DNA of 43,292 bases, counting the filler, from Polymyxa betae A26-41 (Eukaryota > Protista > Endomyxa: Phytomyxea): assembly GCA_003693705.1 (NCBI GenBank). It is 2 parts of 2 records of this genome, joined end to end, with 100 filler letters (N's around TTAATTAATTAA, not from the genome) between each part and the next. Parts side by side here need not be neighbours in the genome. Positions count along the whole stretch, not along the records: positions 21,016 to 43,292 come from RBZT01000314.1; 1 more part is not named here. One strand, 5' to 3'. Position 1 is the stretch's first letter, and every line of letters starts with the position of its first letter. This document shows, piece after piece, positions 34,465 through 43,292 of this stretch. The notes beneath the pieces were generated by a model, which was given only the letters and a program-made list of their open reading frames with translations, had not been told where the DNA came from and did no database searches. Made by a program: the position numbers and the translations under genes.

Positions 34465-35223
34465 ATGGCGGGATTCGGCGAGGTTAGATACTTGTTTCGA
34501 TGCCTCACTCGAAAATTCATACACAATAAGTAGCTGGTTCTTGTTTTGGGTGATATGCATATTCCAAGCAGGATTGACAAACTTCCTTCTCAATTCAAGA
34601 GCCTTCTAGTAAAAAAAATTTTTCGATGATTGGCCTTTTTAGATTCATTTTTTTAGGTTCCGGGAAAGATGCAATACATCCTCTGCACCGGAAATTTGTG
34701 TTCTAAGCAGGCTTTGGATCACCTTAGAACGATTGCATCTAATGTCCATGTCGTTAAAGGCGATTACGATCTAGAAGGCGACTTTCCTGAAAATGACATC
34801 ATCCGAATTGGTGATTTCAAGATTGGACTCATGTACATCGCTATCGACTGGAAAGACCTGATGCTCATTTGTTATTAGTCATGGTCATCAAGTCCTGCCA
34901 TATGGTGACGCTGATGCCCTATCAGAAATTCAATCAAAGCTTGATGTGGATATTCTCGTTTCTGGACATACACATAAGCAAGAGGTGTATCAATATAATG
35001 GCAAATACTTTGTCAATCCAGGATCTGCCACAGGAGCGTACTCGCCGGGCGAAAGGTCGAGCTCATTCCTAACAGTTTAATCAGCTCTTGACACCCTCTT
35101 AGTGATGTTATTCCAAGCTTCGTTTTGATGGCAATCAAGGATGACAGAGTGACAACTTATGTCTACGAACTTCGTGATGGTGAAGTGAAGGTCAGCAAAT
35201 CCGAACATACCAAGACTAAATAA
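34465..35223 (+). CDS. VPS29: Vacuolar protein sorting 29 (retromer subunit)
   Basis: MAGFGE|LVLVLGDMHIPSR..LPSQFKSLL|VPGKMQYILCTGNLC..VHVVKGDYD..FKIGL|HGHQVLPYGD..LDVDILVSGHTH..FVNPGSATGAYS|PSFVLM..TYVYEL..VKV, stop 35221-35223. Confidence 0.96.
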
Positions 35224-35308
35224 ACTGGAACCATCTCGAACATTTACCAATTGGTACATTTCCGGAATCTCTCCCGTTGCCATTAAGCATTTCGTAGTCT
35301 CTGTAAAA

Positions 35309-38244
35309 ATGAGGAAATTCTCCATTCTCCCGCCTACGATGCAGCCGCCAACGACATCGTTAAGCGAATTTGAGCTAACTGTAAAGTCGATGGATGATCC
35401 CGGCCAAGTAAACGAGGCCGAACAACCTTTCAAATATTCGTCGATTCAAGAAGCTGATCCATTCCTTTGGAGGGCAAAGAACCCTCGTCTGAACACAACC
35501 GCTGCGATATTAGTTGTCGTAACAATGTATAACGAAGGTTTGAATAGCGACTCTTTTCGTATGCTTTCCAGTACTTTGGAACAGGTGGCGACGAATTACT
35601 CTTGACGCTTCGAGCTATCGCGAAGAATGTCAAACAAATGACAAGGCGGCTGCGTCGACCGACTTTCTGGCAGTCCATCGCTGTTGTGATCGTCAGTGAT
35701 GGTCGATCTAAGGCCTCGTCATCAACATTGCAGGTTGCCAAGGAGCTGGGTATTTTGAACGCTGCTGTTATGGCCAAAGCAAAGCCTACCACGCAGGTAC
35801 ATTTGTTTGAAAGCATTGTGAAGATGGTCGACAATGAAGCTCGAGGAACACGATTCCCTCCCCTTCAAGTTTTATTCGCCATGAAAGAGCGGAATTCTGG
35901 AAAGCTGAATTCGCATTTGTGGTTCTTTGAGGGATTCGCTCACGTAATTCAGCCAAAATATACCTTCTTACTGTAAGCTCAGTTCCTTTCGCACATCCAG
36001 CTCTGCCTTTTATACCCTTTTTCTCGTGTTTGCATTATCTAATGTTAATGATTCAGATTATCTTCGCCATGCTACTTTGTAAACCGATTTGATTTTGCGA
36101 GATTTACATGATGATTTCTGAATTCCATAGCGATGTTGGGACAGTTCCTCGGGACCTTTCGTTTCTCGGATTCTATAATGAGCTGGAGAACAACGACAAC
36201 GCTGCTGGTGTATGTGGGCGGTTAACTACACGATCAAACCATCCAATCGAATGGCTTAATCCTGTCATTTCTGCTCAAAGGTCGTTCTGTTGCTGAAGTT
36301 ATCCCATTTATCTGATCTCATTTTAGGTTCGAATATCAAGTGAGCAGTTTGCTAGACCTATCATTCCAATCTATCTTGGGCTATCTGGCTGTATTGCCTG
36401 GTGCTTTCTCTGCATATCGCTATGAGGTCTACGCCCTTGCCACAATGCTATTGACGTTGACTTGTTCAAAGGCGCTCCGAGGCGAACCCTTGCGACAATA
36501 TTTCTCTCAGCTTGGAGTTGCAGATCGCGATCTAAACCCATTCGTCACCAATATGTGGGTTGCATCATTAATTTGCATTGCGTTCGATTCATGTTTCTCG
36601 CTCGACTAACCCTTTTTGAATCAGGCCACTGCAGCGTGCTGTTTGATCATTAGCCTATCAATGATAACTGCTGACTTCTCTATAGGACTTTAGCAGAAGA
36701 TCGTCTATTATGCTATGAGCTAATATCAAAGAAGGATTGCAGCTACACACTGTCGTATGTGAATACAGCAGTAGCAGAAACAGACGTGCCCAGCGATTTA
36801 GTGGCTCTTCTGAAACAGCGACGTCGTTGGCTGAATGGATCGCTATTTGCCCTTCTCTATGCATTAGCTCACTTCTTCACATTCTGGGGTCAATCTGGAC
36901 ACACGTATGCTATTGCTAAAATGGTCTCTTCTTGCCTGACGTCTTGTCAGTCTTTACAGGAAATTTTGTATATCATTCCTGTATTTCTTCTTCGCTATCT
37001 CAGTTACTATACAATGGCTCGCTATGGGTATGTTCTTCCTGGTTATTGTTCTAGTTAGTCGGGCACTGGGCGTCTTGCCAATCTTCTATGTCGCTTGTGG
37101 ATCAGCATTCCTTATTATCGTCATCGTACAGTTTGTTCTCAGCATTCAGAACAGACCCCAGGTATCAGCAATCATGCAACAATTTTAATTTAAGCAGGAT
37201 CCCAGATTTCGTGAATGTCATTAATGTTTTCAAACAACTCCCTAATCAGAATCTCAGGATCTGCGAATAGCCTACAACTTTACATCAGCAATATTAAGTG
37301 TTATTACGGTTGGACTATTGGTGCTGATTGTCCAGTTTGCTTTGGTCCAGTTCAGGAAGGGCGATATCCTCCTTATCCTCACAGTTAGTACCTAGAAGAA
37401 TCGCATTTATGGTGCTATAAATTCTCTGCAGTTCTTTATTGCTTGGGGAGTTTACTTGGCTGCTGGGTTGCTTCATGGGGCTTTTGTGGCGATTTGCCTA
37501 TCGTTGCTACCGTTCGTTGCTATGACCCCTGCATTTTTGATTGTGTAAGCAAAATCAGTGCTGGAAATTTTAATTTAGCTGTTTATTAGATTTCCCATTT
37601 TCGCTTTATCAAACACCCATGATGTCAGGTAATTCCCCTTTGTTCGTCGATGTTAAAAAAGACTGAAGAATGCCAGCTGGGGAACAAAGGATTTGAATAC
37701 AGTCGCTCAGCCATCGGATGAAGCTACGAAAGAGATTGTTCGTCGTCGCTTTCAAAGGTTTCGAACTCTTGTTGTGGGAGTAAGTAGACCTGCCTCGCTG
37801 CTTCACTTTCTGATATCCTCTACAGCTTTGGCTATTATCAAACATCATTCTCGTTATACTGGTGTTCTATTTCGACATAGCAGATGCATTCCTTCTGGTT
37901 ACAATTCTTTCTGTCCTTTGTAGGCCTATCTTTGTCACACCTTCACATTGATGACATGGCATAGTCTTGAATGGGGCACGATTTATTGGATCTGTTCTTT
38001 ACCTAACAGGAGGCAGTGCTAACTCCTCACTTTTTGTATGTCTAATGTCAACACAATGACCTGATTAAGACTTGAGCAACAGGTGAAATTCTTTGTGTCG
38101 CCGATTACTATTCGTGCCTATATGGCGTTGCTGAAGTTGCCATTTTCTCTCCTGGCGTCTTTTGCATATATGCTCATAATGCTGTTTACGTTTTTTCTGC
38201 CTGATGAACGGGTATATAAGCCTATTGAAAGAATGTCTGAATGA
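35309..38244 (+). CDS. CHS: Chitin synthase (GT2, division-1 / fungal class I-III and oomycete-like)
   Basis: [28 protein letters not shown]|[43 protein letters not shown], then multiple TM exons and NTHDVSWGTKG. 3' end approximate. Confidence 0.95.
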
Positions 38245-38442
38245 GTTACTGGGCATAGGGCAAGAAGCTAATCCACTCCGTTTCGGCTTTTGAAATACGA
38301 TTCACACATGCTCTGTCGTCAAGGTCCTCAGTTCCAACAAAGAAAGCGCTAGCATCACTAGAAGTTCGTAAAGATGTTCACTATGTTGTCAAAAATGATG
38401 AAAACCGACGTCTGGATTTGAACAAGTTTGTTTGCAAATCTG

Positions 38443-41400
38443 CTATTGGGGCTCAGCGTATTCATCGTGTTTCAGAAATCGGCGATACTTTCTCTTGTTT
38501 CGATGGATGGTAACTTCCATTATTGCTATCATTTGGATTCTCTTCGTAGACTTAACAGTCATCGTTGCATCTCTGGGGCGGAAGTCAATCTGGTTTAGAT
38601 GTGCAGCATCATGTACAAATGCCATTGCGGTCAGAAAATCAGGGATTCAAATTTTTCTTAATTGACGTTTTTACAGAAGCTAAACCTGGTACCGTTTCAG
38701 ATTCCAGCACTGGTTGCAGCATTATTCGTATTGAATATAGCCTGGGCTGGAGACGATATTATAAGGATGCTGGCAGTGAAGCAAGCTCCTATTCAATAGT
38801 TTTTTATTACATGGTAAATTATCGATAAAGGAAACGTCCGAGATTGCGCTCGTTGTCATATATGAAAGAAATCAATGCCTTATTAATGTCTCTCACGACG
38901 TCTTTCGTAGCACAGCCCTCCAGTGTTGAGAAATCAACATTGATGCCTTTGACAGTATCAGTTGCTTGCTTTGTTACGAGTTTTTGGACTCGCTGCTGCA
39001 CTAAAGATCTGGCTCTCAGTAGCAGATTTGGAAACCGATCATGACGAATTGGGGCACTCCAATCATCCAGCAAATACTCTGCCAGATCAGCTATTTTGTT
39101 CTGAATGAACCATAAGCCAATGATTTGTTTGAGGTGGATAATTTAACCTGGGCCATCTGCTGATCAATGTTGTTCATAAATGATATTGGAAGTCCAACAA
39201 ATTTCTCTAATTGCATGAGATCACGCCCAGAAATAGGTGACCCGCAGAAGGTAACTGAAATGACACAGTTCATGTGATCAACGGCAACTTTCACAAGACG
39301 TTGAGCTGTATCTGTTCGTAAATCTCGGACTGCTGTTTTGAACGGCATATAACTGCGAAACAGCACATTCGAATCACCTATCAAATAAGACTGACAGCTT
39401 CCATCGGATGTCATCAAATAACCTGGAATAACAAGGAGCTGTGTGCAGGGCTGACAGAATGTTAGTGAAGGCGCTTTATCTTGTAGAAGTAAAGGTATCG
39501 AAGGTATGGCAACCGGAATTAGTGATCTGGCTGCTAGTGCTCCTGCTTCACATGCGTTGACTCTTATTGTTATATCAGTAAACGACGATTTTTGAAACGA
39601 CTGTATACATACAAACTGAGATTGATGCTATTACCACCGTCCGTCTTCCGAAATTGTACTACCGACCCGGCAGCATAAACAAATCGGTCACTAGTCCGAA
39701 AGAATCGGTCGACAATTACGCCACGATCTATTGCGACTGGGTCGTGGGAAAGCGCTTTTCGCATGGTTGGAGAGATCTAGGTCGATTTAAAGACGAGCCA
39801 GACAAAATAAACAGCGACCGTACAACTTTATCGGCTGTGTTCATTAAGGCAAAACAAGGCATCGCATACGTATCATCACTAGCTACTTGTAGCCGTGGTG
39901 ATCCTCCCGATCCTTCAATTTGACGTCATACTCCAACATGAAAAAATTTCAGACCATACCTTTGACGTTCACTTGTTGCAGAAGGACAGTTGGTGACAGA
40001 TGGTACGAGACGACGTGATTGGGGATAACTTCAACTCCTAGTTCGCCCAAGATCTATGTTGACAAAGTCAATGCCACAAAACAATCTCATCCAAAGGGAG
40101 ACCTGATTGATCCGATTGACAACATCCATATCGCCCCTTGCCCATTCGTGCTCTTTCCCAGGATAGATCCAACATATTTTCTGAATTACCCAGTCAGATG
40201 ATTTCAGTAAAGCATGGCAAAACAGATACGCTCATATCGAAGTTTCTTTTTTCAAATTCAGCCAAAACAGCCAACGACTCCACAGAATCCCCATTAACAA
40301 CTATACTTTCGGATGCGATCGCATTGCCGTTCAAGAATCTGAAAGCCGCTGACCACGGATGGTGACCGGTTTTATGCCTAAAGAACCTTCAGTCAAAATT
40401 CCCTTTACGAATGACCTTCTTACACAGCACGAAATACACCCGGAACATGAGCGCCGTATCTATCTAACCAGTCGGCGGTCTCCAACCCGGTAGCAATTAC
40501 CAAATAGTCATAGGGAACTTCGTATGATTTCAACTCGGAAGATGTGCCGGTTGTCATCCGAATGGTCTTCTTTCCATAGTCAACGTAGGTGACTTCGCCA
40601 CATACGTATTGGTGTCGCAGAGGTGCATTGATCACCGAAGGCAGAGCCGATGTACTGATCTGTGTAATCTGAACCCGAAATAAATCCATTTCCTGGATAT
40701 TTGCATTCTGTCAGCATACATGAGTAAATATGACTCTTGGCAAGTGTCGGATCAGCTCAGCTAAGAAGCCTCCAGCAGCCGTTGAAGCACCAATCACGAC
40801 AATTCGAGAATTGACAGCCGCTCTGGTATATGCAAAACCGATTATACTTGGCGTCATCATTAGGAAGATTTCAGATGTCGAATGACGTGCTGGCGCTTCC
40901 AGTGCGAGATCAAGCAGATCCAAAACAGGATCGGACATAGCAGGGTAGATTGCAATAGCAATGTTTAAACGCAGCAAGGCTTCGGTGAGGATCTCTTTTC
41001 GCCAAGAGCGATATGGAGATGCGATGTTAAAACGTGTTATGATGCCAACGTTTTCACAAGACGTGAATGCATCGATGTTGAGTTTTGCGTCAAATACTAG
41101 AATATCATCAGCAGACAGCGAATGAGCACTAAATATTCCAACGCATTCATCATCCACCTTGAAAACGACACTATTCTGAACTGCAATATCTGTATTGCCT
41201 GAATATGTCACTCGTAAAAGAAACGAAAACTATTCCATACACGCTTACCGAAGTATTGCTGAATGCAACTTTGATCGTTACTGGAAGCTAACCGGACGGT
41301 AGGCGGAGGTTGCACTGTAGCACGATGGCAAATGTAGAGAACATGATCGCAAGCAACTTCAGCCCGTGCAGGGATGATCGCAAAGTCACGTAGCAATGCA

Positions 41401-42447
41401 ATCTAAAACCAGAGGAAATAAATCTCAAAAGTTAAGCCCTTAGATAAAGTTGTACTGGTTCGGCAGAGTGCGGTAAAGTCAGCAAAGCATATCGCCTTTC
41501 AGGATACAGCGAAAACATGGCATCCAGCAGCGACAGATTTGCTAGCGGTTCAATATCACGATCTAGACATGTAACCGTGATACATATTGCATTTGTTGCA
41601 GCCAGATCTGGAAATGTGGCATCAATGCTGAAGAAGTCTTGCAGCGCCTCTGCTTTGATATCGGTAGTGATGCACATCATGCCTGGACACTAATTAACTT
41701 TGGGCATTTTCGAAAATTTCGATCATACCTTTGGGCTGATTATCCTTCAATAACACAATGGCCGCGTTGCTCTCATTTTGAGCCTCAATGAGCTCAGCAA
41801 GAAAGAAGGGACCATGCGTTTCCTGTAGCACTTGGCTCTGTTCAGAAAAAATTGGCTCGAGGTCGTCAAAGTCCTCAACGCAGGCAATTCGGGCTGTAAG
41901 CGTTCCAATCAGCTCGAGCCTATCCAAAGTATAGATCTGAAAACGTTGAGGATTACAGATATTTGATCCACGAGCATTACGTCATCAATGTTGGCAGATG
42001 CATGTACTTGCTTGAAATGACTTAATTGAATTGGAGGAGCAGAAACTGGATGGGCATAGGCGATACGAGCAAGATGAGTAATTGATGCGAAAACATGACG
42101 ATAAAGACAATAAAGGTCACCCTCTGAACATGAGTAATGGAGGAGGCGCAGCCATGTCGTATCGTAATATTGATAAGGGTTGCCTACATTGTGCAACGTT
42201 TCATCATTTTCATTACAGAAGAGTTGGTCATTATCATACTGCTATCTGCATATTTCGGGCAGGGTCCGAATGCAGCAACGGCAACGATATCGCCGCCCAA
42301 TCGGGCGATAAGGAATAGGGTCGACCAGCGCTTTAGTTCGTGTAGTGATTGTATTTGGAATCGGTCAAGAACAGAGTCGAAGACATCGCTTAGGAACGAT
42401 TCGATATCGGCCAAATCGGTAGCGGTTATAACGCTGCTGATGTTCAT
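38443..42447 (-). CDS. CFAP61: Cilia- and flagella-associated protein 61 (radial spoke / calmodulin-spoke complex)
   Basis: EDFDDLEPIFSEQSQVLQETHGPFFLAELIEAQNESNAAIV; MFSLYPERRYALLTLPHS; HVLYICHRA; VNSRIVVIGASTAAGGFL; VPYDYLVIATGL; GVIVDRFFRTSD..VYAAG; WSAPIRHDRF. Ends approximate. Confidence 0.88.
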
Positions 42448-43058
42448 CGTCCTGTCTGATGGCAATCGATCCTAAATGCCTAGGGTATGTATCTATCTGC
42501 CAGTCATATAATTTGTTAAAGTTTCACTCGGTCTAAAATTGCTGCTAGTTTAGGTTCCTTTGATTACTAAAAGACATGTGATCTCAAATGGGTAAAGGTC
42601 CCTGTCAACAACTGTCCTGGCTTAATCAATCCCCAAATGTTCCAGAATCGTTTAATTTTGACTGTTGTTCGGTTTATTTATTCAAGTACATTCTAAGCAA
42701 GTTTTTATCTTGAAATGTCCTATGTGGCTGCCAATGGATCTCCTGATATTACCATTGTGACTCGGAGGCGATGTAAAACCGATCTTGATAGGCTTCTTAC
42801 GCTGCCGAGCAAGATGCTGTGCGACGACAATGTTGTTGTCGAGAATGCACGCCAGGTGACTTCGCAATTCCGCGTCATTCGATTCTGGCTCGATCTGGTG
42901 GTACCCGGGCCAGTACCTCTTTGTCGGTGACCCAACGAGATCGATCGACTCTGTGATACGATGTCCGCCATGATGGATCGAATTCCCTCACACGTGTACT
43001 TCCAGTTCGGATTGACATTAGAATCATTCTGTCATCGGCTGTTTGATTAGCGGTAGTC

Positions 43059-43292
43059 ATGAGGCTATCAATGAAGCTGATCATCTTCGCCTTGCTGGCA
43101 GGAGTAATTCTATTAGCATGTGTTGCCGATGCTCAATCGACGACGATGAGAGCTACCACAAAGAAGGCTACAACTACACACGTCGTGAAGGCAACAACCA
43201 AGAAACCTACCACCAAGAAGGCTACAACTACACACGTCGTGAAGGCGACCACCAAGAAACCTACCACCAAGAAGGCTACAACTACACACGTC
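43059..43292 (+). CDS. Secreted TTKK-repeat mucin-like protein, 5' part (runs off the window); paralog of 32701-33865
   Basis: MRLSMKLIIFALLAGVILLACVADA-QSTTMRATTKKATTTHVVKATTKKPTTKKATTTHVVK...; 54-bp (18-aa) repeat unit. Confidence 0.8.
   Translation, partial: MRLSMKLIIFALLAGVILLACVADAQSTTMRATTKKATTTHVVKATTKKPTTKKATTTHVVKATTKKPTTKKATTTHV

Noticed and set aside
39570-40830. Rossmann/FAD oxidoreductase-like motifs (IVVIGAS, YDYLVIATG, VYAAG) as a separate enzyme gene
   Set aside because: These are the known oxidoreductase-like domain within CFAP61.
42680-43050. Several short overlapping ORFs upstream of the last gene
   Set aside because: No motifs; likely divergent promoter/UTR region.

Overview
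Eukaryotic, gene-dense DNA with many short (~50 nt) GT-AG introns. Flagellar genes (DM10/EFHC-like, CFAP61), a chitin synthase and the intron style suggest a zoosporic protist, plausibly a plasmodiophorid/Phytomyxea (inference only). The window has three parts. (1) 1-19 kb is a gene block: secreted His/Ser/Arg-rich protein, Mn-CDF/MTP transporter plus a degenerate tandem copy, SNAPC4-like Myb, small secreted protein, DM10 protein, MADS-box TF and TMEM209-like. (2) ~19-32 kb is a graveyard of nested, broken transposons (PIF/Harbinger, Penelope-like RT, MULE-like, Ty1/copia with LTR/PBS, GGGGGTATCAAA-TIR MITEs). It is interrupted at 20916-21015 by an artificial 100-bp N44-TTAATTAATTAA-N44 contig linker. 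(3) 32.7-43.3 kb is a gene block of VPS29, chitin synthase and CFAP61, bracketed by two divergently oriented paralogous secreted proteins with polycationic TTKK[A/P] repeats. The most striking item is the first of these: signal peptide + Lys/Thr-rich repeat + Cu-only-type superoxide-dismutase-like domain + (PA/PT) stalk + GPI-type tail. All calls come from reading motifs by eye; no searches were run, and exon boundaries of long genes are approximate.
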